From Phoronis australis (Eukaryota > Animalia > Phoronida), in NCBI GenBank assembly GCA_002633005.1, contig NMRA01000126.1, forward strand, positions 605,883 through 669,882: DNA of 64,000 nucleotides, in the 5' to 3' direction. Shown piece by piece: positions 1-15,400 of this stretch; position 1 is the first letter of the stretch, and every line of letters starts with the position of its first letter. Below the pieces are notes generated by a model. The model had not been told where the DNA came from. It was given only the letters and a program-made list of their open reading frames with translations, and ran no database searches. The translations under genes were made by a program, and so were the position numbers.

Positions 1-49
1 CTATTGTTGCCAGGTGGTATTGGCCTTGTTAATTTGTGGTTAGAAGACG

Positions 50-362
50 AAATGTTGAGTGAGATATCAAATGTTGAGTAAGAAATCAAATGCTGAATAA
101 CATATCAAGTGTTGAGAAAGATGTCAAATGCTGAGAAAGATATCAAATGTTGAATAAGATATCAAATGTTGAGAAAGATATCAAATGTCAAATAAGATAT
201 CAAGTATTGAGAAAGATATCAAATGATTAGAAAGATGTCAAATATTGAGAAAGATATCAAATGTTGAGAAAGATATCAAATGTTGAGAAAGATATCAAAT
301 GGTGAGAAAGATATCAAATGTTGAATAAGATATCAAATGTTGTGAAAGATATCAAATGTTTG
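50..362. repeat. Intronic minisatellite, 19-bp unit (gttgagaaagatatcaaat), about 16 copies
   Basis: Directly visible tandem array with scattered substitutions and no spacers. Confidence 0.9.
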
Positions 363-475
363 ATAATGGGCAAGTATTTGCTTTGTATATTAAAAACACT
401 AGTGGTGATGGTAACATCTGTGGAGGTAGATTATGCACTGGAAACATTGCATACATGAGATGATAACTGTTGTAG

Positions 476-3400
476 GTTCACTATGATTTCGGTCTGCGTA
501 ACATTTTGTCTGTGTTGCGTACCCTTGGAGCATTCAAACGGGCCAACCCACAGGACAGTGAACCTATGATTGTCATGAGAATTCTGAGGGACATGAATCT
601 CTCCAAACTGGTAAGACATATAGTAATTGACTTGTTAACTTACGTTGTTTTCACAATTGTTATGGGAAGAATGAAGTCATATTCCAGAAAGTTGAAAATC
701 TTAAAACTGTTTTATCCCGTGTAGCATTAGTTTTGATTATACAGATTGAGGATATGATAACTCAGTGGTGGCATCGCCTAATAATACAAGTAATGATAGT
801 TTTCTAATCTATCAGCCGCCTCATTGCCATGGATACCAATGTGTCCAGGCATCTGTGATACAATTATGTTTACCTAAATCATTTAATTTAGTGGTAGCTT
901 ATTGAACAATGTGTGACTTATCAACAGCATTTTTAAAGCTTTAGTAGCTTCCTGGTATCTGACCACAAGCAATAGATTTGTTTTGGATGCCTTGTCTGAG
1001 CTGTTGTTCTGGAACTTTAGTAATTTACTGGTATCACACTGAAACTTCAAAAACTAGGTTGGAATGAAATTGCTGTTAACTGCAGAAAACACTGTAGTAA
1101 ATGAAGCATTAACACTTGTTTAAACCACTGAAGTTTGTGATAATGTTGTAAGTTGTGAAGTACAATTGTTAAAAAAGTTAACCACTGTTGAGTAGATATA
1201 GGTACAGAACACTGTATATAATGTGGCTGTGTTTAGTCCTAGTAGGTGCATGATAGATAGAGAACATTCTACAATGTATAATCTAGCTATGTTTGGTCCT
1301 TGTAGGTGGATGAAGACGAGCCTCTCTTCCTTTCTCTCATTGATGATCTGTTCCCCGGAATGACTCTGGACAAAGCGGGTTATCCCGAGATGGAGGCTGC
1401 CATCGAACGACAAGTGATTGCAAGTGGTCTGATCCATCACGCTCCGTGGATTCTTAAACTGATCCAGTTGTTTGAGACACAGCGTGTTCGTCATGGCATG
1501 ATGACCTTGGGACCCACTGGAGCAGGTGAGAATGGGGCTAGATGACTCATGTTGTAGACCTGCATTTGTGATGGATAGTTCATTGTTCCATAGTTGTGAA
1601 AAGCATAGGGAGAGTTCTCTATGGAGATTTAGGTTTTGAGTGAGCTACTTGTTAGATGAAAACTGGTGATTTGTATGTGGCAACCATGAAAATAGTTCAC
1701 TATGAAAATTTTCATAATGTAACATTATAATAATTAGTGTTTCAATACTTGTGAAACATTGGAAAATGATTTCGAATAATTACGATAAAATTGAGATGAC
1801 AAAAATCTGTTGACATTATACCAGGTAAAACCAAGTGTATCCACATGCTAATGAAATCCATGTCGGACTGTGGTCAGCCACACAAAGAGTTGAGAATGAA
1901 CCCCAAGGCTATCACTGCACCGCAGATGTTTGGTCGGCTAGATGTCGCCACCAATGACTGGACAGACGGTATCTTCTCCACACTCTGGAGGAAGACTCTA
2001 AAGTCTAAAAAGGTAAGTCCTTCTTGATTGTTAGAAAATAGAATGATGGAAGGTGAGGGCATGGTGTCCATTTTATGGTAGCAGCTTCGTATCCAAGATT
2101 ACATCTAAATTTGTTTAAAAAAATATATAACCTCCACTGAAAGCTGTGCGTGTATGGCAAGTAGAAGAAATTTTCAAGGATTTTTCACCTTTCTGAGTGG
2201 CGTATAGTCTTGGTAGTGAAGTAGTTCTGGAAGGATAGTGTTTTTGGTGAGCATTGCACTTCCCGAATTGACAATAACTGCCTAGGCTGTAACAGAGTTT
2301 ACTGAAGGTTATATAAGCCAGATAGCTATCTATCATGGACCCTCAATGTCAGGCTAGAATGTTAAACAGGTTTTCAGAATCTGCTTTACAGAATCTGCTT
2401 TACAGATTAATTTGTTGACAATCTAAATACGGCCAGCTGAATCTGGATAACTGTAACACTCCATTTTCCTTCAGGGAGACCATGTTTGGATTATTCTTGA
2501 CGGCCCTGTGGACGCCATCTGGATTGAGAACCTCAACTCTGTACTGGATGACAACAAGACGTTGACCTTGGCTAATGGAGACCGCATCCCCATGGCTCCC
2601 ACTTGTAAGATTTTATTCGAGGTGCATAACATTGACAACGCCTCACCCGCCACTGTGTCACGTAATGGTATGGTGTTCATGAGCAGCTCTGCTTTGGACT
2701 GGAAACCAATTCTCAAAGGTAAAGATTACTTTGTGCTTTCTGAGTAGAATGGAAGTATTGAATCCCTGCATATTGTTTTAATTTTATACGGTTAGTAATG
2801 TTTATTTTCATATTCTTCGGCCATATGTTAACCCAAATAATGTCAACTACTTGAAATAAATGTCAGATTTTTATGCTTTTGAGATTCCGAAATGAATTGT
2901 ATTTCTGTTGAGTTTCTTGACTTTATGGGTGTTGTGTGGTGAAAGTGTTGATGCCAAAATGTGTTCTTGGTGCAGTTTATTTGTTTCATGTAAGCTTCAT
3001 TTTTGATACAACTACTGAATTTAGTAATTCAGGTATTATAATTGCTAAGTGGCTCAATTTTTACTTCGCAGGCTGGTTGCAGACACGTCCTGCACAACAG
3101 CAAGAGGTCATCTACACAGCGTTTGAGTCAATCTTTGGTGAGCTCTACCTTTATGTGATCCAGAGCCTGTGGCCTAAAATGGAAATCCTTGAGTGCATGT
3201 ACATCCGTCAAGCTACTGACCTCTTGGAGGGCTTCATACCATCAAATGATGAAATGAAGGACATTGGCAAAGAACATATAGAGAAACTGATCCTGTTGGC
3301 CATCATGTGGTCACTGGGAGCTGTACTGGAGCTGGAGGACAGAAAGAAGGTGGGGTCATCAAGCACGTTCTATAACGGCAACCATTTTGAATTTAAATAT

Positions 3401-6400
3401 GGCCACCAGGTTTCGGTGTTGAGGGCTTCGTTCCATAGATACGAGAGTTTAGTTTAAGTGTAATTATGCGCTTTGCTTGTAATACATTTTTGAAAGGTCT
3501 ACGGAATTTAGCCCAGCTGTTGTTAGAACACAGTCAGGTTTTGCAATACAATACAATGTTTATAGTCTGCTTGCTTATTGTTAAAGTTTGTAAGTTGATC
3601 AACTTAATCATTAAGGTTTCGTGCCATTTGATATTTTGCACATCACAGAATCTGAAGCAATGAAAGAAGACAGGTGTACTATTGGTAAATGTTGTTTATA
3701 AAAAACTACAATTTTTAACCAAAATGTTACTTGACCTGTTCTCTTTTCACTTGCCTATGAATGCATGGTTCTTTCAGTTGGCATTTGAAAGAATTAAAAA
3801 TTGTCAATGGACTCGTATTAGACTTGCACTTTACTGTATTTGTAGCTGGAAGAAAAGATAAAAGAGATTAACCAGTTCTTGCCACTACCCCCAGCAGATG
3901 GTGAAGACACGTTCTTTGAGTATGCAGTGACTGAGAAGGGAGAATGGGAACACTGGAGCAATAGAGTAGGTTACCAAGGTTACCAGTAGATATGATGGTG
4001 AAGATTAAAATGGCTTTTGGCTGTGATGGTGATAGTGCCATGTGACACACTTTTGTAAATTGTTGTAAGGTAATCTCAACATGTGGCTATTATACACTCT
4101 GTTGTTCATTATGGTTATCTCAACATGTGGATAGTATACACTCTGTTGTTCATTATGGTTATCTCAACATGTGGCTATTATACACTCTGTTGTTCATTAT
4201 GGTTATCTCAACATGTGGATATTATACACTCTGTTGTTCATTATGGTTATCTCAACATGTGGATATTATGCACTCTGTTGTTCATTTTTTGTCCAATCAG
4301 TTATGAATGCTTACTGATTTTGTCACGCTCATCTCGTTGCAGGTTCCAGAGTATAACTATCCAACTGACTCAGTTCCCGACTATGTGTCCATTTTGATTC
4401 CTAATGTTGACAATGTGAGGACGGAGTTTCTGGTGGATACCATCGCAAAACAGGGCAAAGCCGTCCTTCTGATTGGTGAACCTGTAAGTTGTCATGGACA
4501 TGTTCCATTTAATTTTGGTTGCATTCATATTGTGAACATAAATGTAGTTTACCCTTTAATCTGTTTTCTCTTTTGTAGAACATAGAGTGAGTGTCATGAA
4601 TCAAAGTATATCACTTAAATAAGAATATTTCATAAATCATACAGTTTTTTATGTATAGGTGTTCTTTTATTGTGAAATTTCAACTTCACAAAAAATTAAT
4701 ATTTTAAGTGCCATTTCACTAGGACAACCATTTTGTTGATGCAGAACAAGCAATTGAAAATTTGAACTGAACAATACATATTAAATCTGTTTAATGTGAA
4801 ACAAGGTGGTGCTATGTTGAAATTCTGTCATTTTGGAATGAGTTTTGAATGATCGCATTTATGTAAAATCATGAATTTCTAACCTCATGAAATGGTAATG
4901 ATGATAATGGTGTTATGGTTAACGGCAAAAGTCATGAAGTTTCACTGTGTTCTTTTCACAGGGCACAGCCAAGACTGTGATGCTGAAGGGCTATTCCAAC
5001 AAGTATGACCCTGAGCTTCACATGTTCAAGAGTTTCAACTTCTCTAGTGCCACCGTGGCCTTGATGGTGCAACGTACTATTGAGAGTTATGTGGACAAGC
5101 GGATGGGTACCACCTATGGGCCGCCAGCTGGACGCAAGATGACTGTCTTCATTGATGACATCAACATGCCCATCATTAATGAGTGGGGAGATCAGGTAAT
5201 GATTCAGAATAGAAGTGATTTCAACGGCTAATGTTTGTTGTAAGTTTTTATCGGGACAGGAAGTGGCATCGTGTAGGCTGCCATGTTGTTTTTGAAATTC
5301 TCTGTTTAGTTATTTGTTGGTTGTTATAAGTGGCATCAAACTTTAAGTTAGCAGCTCATAACAGAGTTACTTGAAAAACAAATGTTTTTCAGATGATTTC
5401 AGCTTAAAATCTAATGATATTTTTGTGTGCCTGTTTAAAGCAAGTTAAAATAAAAAATAATGTAGCAAATTTGAATTAATTTTTGTAAGAAATGAGTCAT
5501 GTTTATTTTCATTCTGTTTGGAGACATCTGGGTTGTTAATTCAATGTTAGGTTGAACATTTTTTTGTTGAATACTGACATTTTAACCTTCCCATTTAGGT
5601 GACCAATGAAATCACCCGGCAGATGATGGAGATGAGAGGTTTCTACAATCTGGAGAAGCCTGGTGAGTTCACCAACATTGTCGACATCCAGTACGTGGCA
5701 GCTATGATTCATCCTGGCGGTGGACGTAATGACATCCCGTCACGTCTCAAGCGACAGTTCAACGTGTTCAACTGTACACTACCCTCTAATGCCTCTATTG
5801 ACAAGATCTTCAAGACTATTGGCATTGGCTACTTCTGTGCTGTAAGTTTGTAATGGGTCAAACTTTAATTGCAAACTTCAAACTGGAATAAATGGAGATG
5901 GGAGTGAATCCTGCCATTAAAATGATCATTGAACTCCATTCAGTTAGGATTTGCAACAAGTTCCATCACAGAACATGAACCAAAACATTGATTTTCAAAG
6001 ATCATGCTAGCTGGGTCTTTTTTATCTTTGTGGTAATGTTCATCATTACTGTTATCTCATGTCATGTCATGTCACAACAGTACTATAATTACTGCCATTA
6101 TTATCGTGTTTGTCATACTAATTAGTGGGTTCTAGTAACAGTATTAAGAGGATCATAAACATTTCAGTGCAGTATAGTGCAGTGTAACATTTCCATTATA
6201 TTTCAATCTACTGAAAATTTGTTTTCATGAAAAACTATTTCTGTTATTATTCCAGTATATTTTCTTTGAACTCATTACAAGTGAAAATAATTCACAAATT
6301 ATTGAATCTGAATTGATAGTTTACGTTGTCATTTAAGATGTCACTCCTAGTTTTTTGAGAGTCCACTAAAAAGATGTGTAAAAGGTGACAGTTTTGTGAA

Positions 6401-9400
6401 GACGTTTGCGCAATATTGACAATTGCCTTACTTTGCTGTCAACAGGAGAGAGACTTCAACGAACAGGTGAGAGAGGTGGTTACTCAGCTTGTTCCAGCTA
6501 CACGCAAGCTATGGCAGAGAACTAAGGTCAAGATGTTACCTACACCGGCCAAGTTTCACTACATCTTTAACTTGAGGGATCTCAGTCGTATTTGGCAAGT
6601 ACGTACTTAACAGAGTTGAGTTGACATGGTTATTGTTACATAATTTTTGCCATGTGTGTAGTAATATTATTGTTGTCATTTTTCTTGACTATTGGTTTTG
6701 CTGCTGCTATAGCCGGTACTTTACGGATGTCTTTGCATGCTTCTATGCCAATGTGCAGCAGGTACTAATTAAATGATGAATGCTATTTGAACATCATCTA
6801 CGCTAAATGAAGTGCAGTAAGTTGTATTCATTGACAACTTATAAAATAATGTGAAAACAAAAATTATGCAAATAGATGACCTTTACCCTAATGACTTACC
6901 TTGGGGGCTCACATAGCCTGCATCGCACAGTGTTATTCCCCAACACCACGTCATGATGCTTACTGGACACGGTTCAGTGATTTACGGCCGATCATTTTGG
7001 ACACAAAACTTGTTCTTAAAAACATTTGGCAATTTTCATCCTACTTCACGTTCACATCATAGTCAATTTTCAACCTACTTCACGTTCACATCGTAGTTAT
7101 ATGTTGTGTATCTTACTAATTTGACCAAACAATCACAGAGATGCGGAATTAGCGGGCAAGTTCCACATCACTCTTTGAACTGTTGTTGATGATGCACTGT
7201 GTTCAGTTTGTACTATTTAGTAGTTACCTTCTGTGATTGAAGTAAAGTGTGACATCTGAAGTGCCTTGCCTACTCTGGTAAAAGCCCACCTCCAACTACA
7301 TAAGTCCACCCCTACTTTTGAGTTATTCTGCTGTATAAGTCTACCTGCTCATATATATACTCACCCTACCTAGCCTCTTAGCCTTGGTCAAATTGTCCTC
7401 TTGCTTATGCTCCATTTCCAGGAGGGCTGCAAAGCTGCCTGAAAAAATAAATCCCTTCAACATGCAGTCATTGCTAGACTGGTAGCATGTCAGCATGGCC
7501 TTACACACTTACGTCTAAGCGTGCCCTTATACACTTATGTCTAATATAAGATTACACTGTCATAAACTCTCACCTATTTTCAGGTCTTCCCACTTACCTG
7601 CCTATAGGTATAAACCATAATTGATATGGGTTGTTTTTTGCTTCATGAAATGTAGCAAGGTTGCTTATATATAAGTGAACTTTGTTGTTAAACATTTAAT
7701 GCTATCTCCATGTTCCTATTATAGTTGTTACCAACTTGTCTTTTTGCCTCTAGGGGATGCTAATCAGTATTGGTGAAGTAGTACAGACACCCCAGATCCT
7801 GACAGCGCTCTGGAAACACGAGTGTTACCGTGTCATCGCTGACCGCTTCACTACACAGACTGATAAGGACTGGTTTGAGAAGAGTATCAAACAAGTAGTT
7901 GATGAAGAATGTGGTGCTGCCCTTGGCAATGACCTACATGAGGAACCGTACTTTGTGGATTTCTTACGGGAGGCCCCAGAACCCACGGGTAAGTTCACCT
8001 GACTTTTGTTTATCTCTGATTTAATGTTTTTGACTCTCACTGGACTTTTGAGTCTTGTCTGGAGAGAAATTAGTGAGCAAAAAGTCTTTTTGTAGGAGTC
8101 CTTACTTATTGAATTGTACTGTTTTCCCATTCATGTCCAACTGCAGCATTTCTGAATTAGAAATTTTGAATTCTTTTTATGCACCTACATATTATGTGGA
8201 CGCATTATGTTGTCATACCCCTCTGGATGGGATGACATGAGCAAATATGTGGACAGCATCTTCAAAAGCCTTCAACAGATTTTTATAAAATTTGGCAAAT
8301 AGGTATCTATTATTGGGATGACACTACCTTCCCATTTCAGATAGATTTAAGGTATTTTGTACCTGATAGTGAACATTTTTACTGTTTTTGAGTCAGTATT
8401 GTATTTTTAGTATGTTTTTTTTGTTGTCTGCTTCTGTATGTGCCAAACAAAATATGAAATTTAGCAGATGTGTTCCTACTGACAAGAGAATGACTGACAT
8501 GGTTTTCAAATGGATCCAACTACTGTGGTGCCCCCTAGTGACATTTTTTAAGCATCTACGGCTGTATCTCCTAAATCCCTTTCAAGATGTTTTTAGAATT
8601 TTGCAATTGTTTTCCGATTAACTTGAAAGCAGATGAACAAATTCAACTACCACTGTGGTTCCTAATGACAGTTTGTATTTTTTACGTTTTCCTTATAAAG
8701 TTTGAATTTTTGGAGTTCTTTGTTGGATTTTTGTGAAATTTGGTTAATAATTTTGAGAGATACGTCACTTTATTTCCATTTTTGGATGGCTTCAATGTAT
8801 TCTGTGCCATCTATTGGTCATTGTTTGTGATAAAAACAAATACCCCTAGAAGCAACACCATTTGCGGTGCAGTTGTGGGCACATTTCAGCAGTCCACTTT
8901 GCTCTACTTGTTATAATCTTCATGATGTAATTATGGTATTTAAAAGTTACGTATCAGTTCTGACTGAATATACATAGTTGACTACTATTTCTGCTACTTG
9001 TAATTTGCTATAGATAGCTTTTGTAGCATAAAGAAGAGTTGATATTCATGTTTTAATTTTGTTTTGATAATGTATATGCATGTATTGTTAAACAGGAGAA
9101 CGGGTTAGAACAGGTACTTGTTCCAGTAATGCACAAAGCATGCCATGCAACTTGAGTTCAACAAGCCAATAATCCGCTTGTTTCACATTCCATTAACTAT
9201 TCCCTTCATCTTATATGTAGTTATGTAATAGAAATTTTGTTCTGAAAGTTTTATTTCAAAAGCAACACAAAAGGTACAGTTTAACTGTCGTGTAAAATTA
9301 TGCACCCACATATTTATATGCAATTTTGCGTCTGTGATTGTATCTCCTTAACCCCTTGAAGGATCTTTGCAAAATTTGGCAGATGAGCTTCTATAGAGAT

Positions 9401-12400
9401 GGCAGCAGATGGCAATGAGTTTCAGCCAAAACTATTCTGTAACCCCTAGTGTCACTTGTTTTTTGCATTTCCCTCTATATCTTAGGGGTTCCTTGGCTTA
9501 TTTTCATCAAATTTAGCATTCGAATAGTTGTGTATTACAGTGACGGTGCCACCTTCTCATTTTGGACAGATTTGATGCATTTTGCGCCATTTAATGGTCA
9601 TTTTTTATGATACTAAAACACACTGTTTACGGTGCTGTCATTTCAACACTCCGCATTGCTCTTGTTTATTTTCTTAACGAGCCATTTTTGTTCTTTACAC
9701 TCACAATTCCAGTGAGATTGACACCTTCTTATGTTTGACCACCTTGTTTCTGTTCATCCTCAGGTGATCGCAAGAGTTCTGTAGGCCCAGTTGTCTATCA
9801 TAGTAGTTGCTAGTTTGAGTGCATTTTTAGAATTGTCTAATTTTACTGCATATCAGTTGTGAAGCAAAATTGCTGGTTTCCAAAAACAAAACAAAAATCT
9901 TAGAAATTATTTTTTTCCAAACATTTACTGCGAAACCTTTCTGTAGGATCACATTTTCATGAGAGGTAAAAACGATTGTATTTTTGTAACACAAGCGAGA
10001 CAAGAGCCTATTTGCAGCAATATGGTTATTACTTTTTCTATAATTAACATTATCATTGTTATACAATTAGTGAAACTTCTTGAGGTCATCATATTAGTTT
10101 TAATACTCCAGAAATGTTTTGTAGTCTGAAAAAAGATATTGACTGATATTGAATATTAAGCTATGCTTCATTCTTTATGGAAATCAAAAATAATGATTGA
10201 AGAGCACTTTTATTCACAGGATAAGTATCTCATATAAGAACACAATTATTCTATTTGTTGCTGGAGGTCAGTCAATATCAGCATTTTTATGTAAAATAAT
10301 TATCAACTGTTAACTTTTGCAAGTCACGTAATGAAATATTACCTTATTTTGTTAATCAGGGGAGGAAGGTGATGATGCAGACCTGGACGCCCCCAAGATA
10401 TACGAGCCTATCGAGACCTATGAGCAACTTGCTGACAAACTCAAGGGCTACATGGACCAGTACAATGAGTCTATCAGGGGAGCAGCCATGGATTTGGTCT
10501 TCTTCAAGGTTGGTGGCTATTGATGGTTTCTAACTCATATGTTGTTTCAGTTTTACAACTTTGTTTAGAATACGTAGTCACATGCAAAAAGCAGTATGAC
10601 CACTCAGTACATTGGATATTGTAAACAGAATTGAACAAAACATGTTGAAGATATGCACTGTATGGTGCTAAACAGTGTGTGACATCTCAGTCTTACTTGA
10701 GAATTTGGTCAAGAGACTGATGTTTTTTATTGCTGACGTGCATTATAAACACATAAATTGGTCACTCATGCAGTGAATTGACAGTATCAAAATACAGTGA
10801 CATCGGAATTTGGTTTTTAACTTGCACTAACCTCTAGTACAGCACTCTTCAGTTACAGCTGATCCACTTGCAAATCAGTCTCCAACCTTTCACTTCTCTT
10901 AATTTCAGGATGCCATGACCCACTTGGTGAAGATATCTCGTATCATCCGCATGCCCCGCGGCCACGCGCTGCTTGTTGGTGTGGGTGGTTCTGGTAAACA
11001 GAGTCTTACCCGCCTGGCCTCGTTCATTGCTGGCTACAAGAGTTACCAGATCACACTGACCAGGTACAGAAAATTGCACAATGAATAATTTTAATGGTGT
11101 TTGCAGATTAGTCTAGATATGGACACTCTCAAATTTTTAATTGCCGAAGTCCTTCAGGGATTCTCTGTTTCTAATCCCTTCAAATTTAGCTAGTCTAGCT
11201 AGGGGAAGTTGGGGAGCGTTGGGACACCCAGTCTCATTGAAGCTACTCCTTTGTAACCACCTTGCCTCTCTGTCTTCCATGCTACATGAGGATTTTTCCT
11301 ATTTTATGCACTGGGTTTTACTCATAAACATTTTTACAATAAGTATTGCTATTTTTAATTAAAAATGTTTATGTACATGATTGAGCTAAATAGTCCTTAA
11401 AGGATGTAGTGTAGAGCTACAAGTGGGGGAGCATTATAGGTCTGGTCATTTGAGTAGTCTTTGCGGATTTTTCTTTCTGGAATGTTGAAAGTTTATCACA
11501 TGAGCTAAAAGGTCATGTAATAATAAGTTTTGTTGACTCGAATAAAATTTTTGCAGAAAAAATATGCAAAAACGACTCATGGATGGGCCTTACATATAGC
11601 AGCAATAATTGGTTGCCGTGATTACTTTGTGCTGAAGTGTGATCTTTAATTACTTTTACCATAATAACTCTTTTCCATTCCATCTCCTCGTAGTCTTCAC
11701 CTAATCTTTCAATGTTTCCATACTCTCCCACCAGATCATACAATGTGGCCAACTTAATGGACGACCTCAAGATCCTGTACCGAACTGCTGGTCAAGAAGG
11801 CAAGGGTATCACGTTCATCTTCACTGATAACGAGATTAAAGATGAAGCCTTCTTAGAGTACATGAACAACATGCTAGCCTCAGGACAGGTTAGTACTGTT
11901 GATGACGTTGACGAAGGACAATGATCACATTCAACTCTGGGGTGTACATAGTGCTTATTACATGAACAATATACAGTTCTTGGTACAGATTGGTACCTCT
12001 GCAGATATTATTGGTGATCAATGATCCCATTCAGTGATGTTCACAGTGATAATACCAAATTAATATGAATGATAAACAAGCAAATACAGGGTTTAGCGCT
12101 TAATTGGCCTAAAGTCAACTCACATGACGTCAACCTGTCGAAACTCCCAGATCGCGTACTTGCCCGTTTTCCCGTTCAATTAAAAAACACCATGTGAACA
12201 CACGGGGATGGTGGGGGCCTTTTTGGGTGCTGCGGAGGTCATTTTGCCCTCGTTTGGCTCCTACAAGAAGCAGACAATCAACACACATAATTTCCTTAAG
12301 CGACGTGCCCAACACTTGCCAGTTTTTGTCAAACAATTCGGACTCCTGTCAATTTGCTTCAAGTTGTGCTTTTATCGGTGGCTTCATGGCAACTTGAGAT

Positions 12401-15400
12401 TTTTACTAGGTCGCCAAACAAAATCTGAGGTCACAAAATCGAGCCCTGAAATATGTTTTTGGGAAGGGATTATTACATTTACCTGTGGTATCTGGGGTGA
12501 TTATGCCTGCAATGTTTCATGAATACTATTCTGTTCCTGGGACTCAGATACGGTACTGGTACTGATGGTGCCAATCATGTCTTAATCTAACTTTTGCCCT
12601 TTACATGATTGTTCTTCAGAGAGGACTGAAATCCGTAAAGCAAAACTGGTCAATATTGTGAACAAAGCTTCAAATCGACTCTTTCATGTGAGAGTTACAA
12701 AAAGTGTGCAGTGTCTTAGTTTTCATTAAAAATGATTTAAGGAAAGTGGCTCGCATTTAGACTGTGATTCTTGACTTGTGTGGTCATCATATTAACCTTG
12801 AGGCTCCGTCTTGATCTTCAAGGTGTCTAACCTGTTCCCTCGTGATGAGATGGATGAGATTCTCAACGAGCTGATTGGAGTGATGAAGAAAGAGTTTCCA
12901 CGACGACCTCCAACCCAGGAGAACCTTATTGACTACTACCAATACAGATGTCAGCAGAACCTACACGTCTGCTTGTGTTTCTCACCGGTATGAGTCAGTC
13001 GGATTTTGTCTTGTGATAAGATCACTCCGTATAATTCATACTAAAACGCTAATTGGAAGTTGTTTTCAAGTGGTGAAATCTCACCCATTTTGCACACAAA
13101 CAAGTGCCAAAATTTTCATTTTTCGAACCTTATAACTTTGTTGTGAATACCCATAGCTACTCAAAACATTGTTTGGTGCCAATTAGCCATGGAGTAAAAT
13201 TTAAAACTGATAAAGCATTAATTGGTGATACCGGGGATATAAATTTTCACCTATCGACCATATTGTGTCCTAAATTAATGAGATTTTAATTTATTGCAAA
13301 GTTAACACAGTTAGTGTACAAAGCCTGAGACAGGAAATGAGTTATAAGTTATGCATTCTGTTTCTTTCATGAATGAATTTAGAAAGTCGTGTGAGCAAGA
13401 ATACAACTAAAAGAGTAACAATGTATTAAGTGTTTCATCGGTGAAACATTTCTGACTGAAACTATTTTTCAATTACTAGGTTGGTGAGAAGTTCCGCAGT
13501 CGTTCGCTGAAGTTTCCTGGTTTGATCTCTGGTTGCACGATGGACTGGTTCCAACGTTGGCCAAAAGATGCTCTTGTTGCCGTGTCGCATCACTTCCTCA
13601 ACAAGTTTGACATAGCCTGTACGCCACAAATCAAGAATGCAGTGCAGAATACTATGGGTGTATTCCAGGTATAAAAGGATGGTCTTCATCAGCAGACTTC
13701 AGAGCTGCTATGAACCATGTGCTTGGTGTCAAAAGCTACTGTCTTCACGTGTGCAGTTTGTGCTTTCAAAGAAACATCAATGCATTCATTTCCTTTGTTT
13801 TTGAATTGAAGGTGGTTACTATATATTATAATAACACCTTGAATTTGCCGATGCGTTAACTGATATGGTTGCCATGCCCTACAAGACGCTTGTCTTGCAT
13901 GCAAAACAGACGCATCAAGTTTTATTGGTTCAAAGCAATTAGATGAATGCAGGTTTAGGGTAGACATGGTGATTCAAGCCATTGATTTGCTATTCTATTT
14001 GAATTGCTATTCTGAGCGGCAAGGCTCATTTAGATTACACATGTACCAGTGCATTGAGTTAGTCAACAAATGAGTCAATAGATGTCCTACCGTTGCAATA
14101 ACTTTAGTGGCCGTAATCAAAAGTTACTTTGACAGAAGACTGAACATGGGTTTGTTGTGCCTTTAATGTACAAAGTCAAAGCATTGTTTTATATTGTCTC
14201 CCTTAATGGCTATTCTGCACCACAAGCTCTAATTAGTAAATGCAATAACTGGGAGCAGAATTATTAATTAAATTCCCATGCAGTGTGTGGTTTTGTGTCA
14301 CTGAATAACCATTAATTCTGATTGTCACAGTCCTACACGGTGTTTCAGAGGGTAAATCAGTTAAAGTTCTTTGTTTTTGTTCAAAGATCATGGTTATTGA
14401 TTACTCCAAAGATATTTTTAACAATGGCTTTGGGTGGAGGGCGATTGAAGTTGGACGAAACTGGAGTGTCAGAGAATAGCCATCTTTATTCCAGGCAGAT
14501 TCCCAAGAAAGTGACCACCTAAAAAACAGTGGTGTCATGTGGTTGCCATCTCAAATAATACTAGATAGGCAATACACAACAGGCTCAACATGTGTTTGGA
14601 ATAATTGCGTATTGCTGTAAATGTGGTAAGTAACTCTGTAGTGATTCACGTGTTTTTTTGAGGGCTACATGTTTTTGATGAGTTTGTAAATAAGGTCATT
14701 ATTGTCTGCATTGTTTCAGGACTTGGTGGCTGAGACCTGCACAGAATATTTCCAACGGTTCCGACGGCAGACTCATGTGACACCCAAGTCATATTTGTCC
14801 TTTATTGATGGTTACAAGGGAATATATGCTGAGAAACGGGAAGAGATTGGTGTGCTTGCGCACCGCATGAACACTGGTCTAGAGAAACTGGTAGAGGCGA
14901 CGGAATCAGTCAACCAACTGTCCAAGGAACTAGCAGTCAAGGAGAAGGAACTCGCTGTTGCTTCAAAGAAAGCTGATGCTGTGCTGGCTGAGGTGACTGT
15001 TAGCGCCCAGGCTGCTGAGAAGGTCAAAGCTCAAGTCCAGGTCGTCAAGGATAAGGCGCAGTCGATTGTCGACGCCATTGCTGCAGACAAATCCGTTGCT
15101 GAAGAGAAACTGGAGGCAGCAAAGCCCGCCCTTGAAGAAGCAGAGGCGGCCCTTCAGACTATCAAGCCCGCCCATATCTCCACCGTGCGAAAGCTGGGTA
15201 AGCCACCCCATCTGATCATGAGGATTATGGACTGTGTACTGATCTTGTTCCAGCGACGCCTAGATTCAGTCGTGATGGACCCTGAACGGCCTTGTAACAA
15301 ACCATCGTGGGGTGAGGCCCTGAAGTTGATGAGTAACTCTGGCTTCCTCCCTGGTCTCATGAACTTCACCAAGGTAAGGCACTTTGAATAATGAAAAGAG

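Noticed and set aside
50-362. Regular short repeats (also 4071-4286, 52184-52350, 60878-61005) as possible CRISPR arrays
   Set aside because: Head-to-tail units with no unique spacers, no cas genes, and a eukaryotic intron context: these are minisatellites.
12088-12520. GC-richer intronic segment with several short ORFs, starting cagggtt
   Set aside because: Probably a transposon fragment; no matching right TIR or protein motif found.
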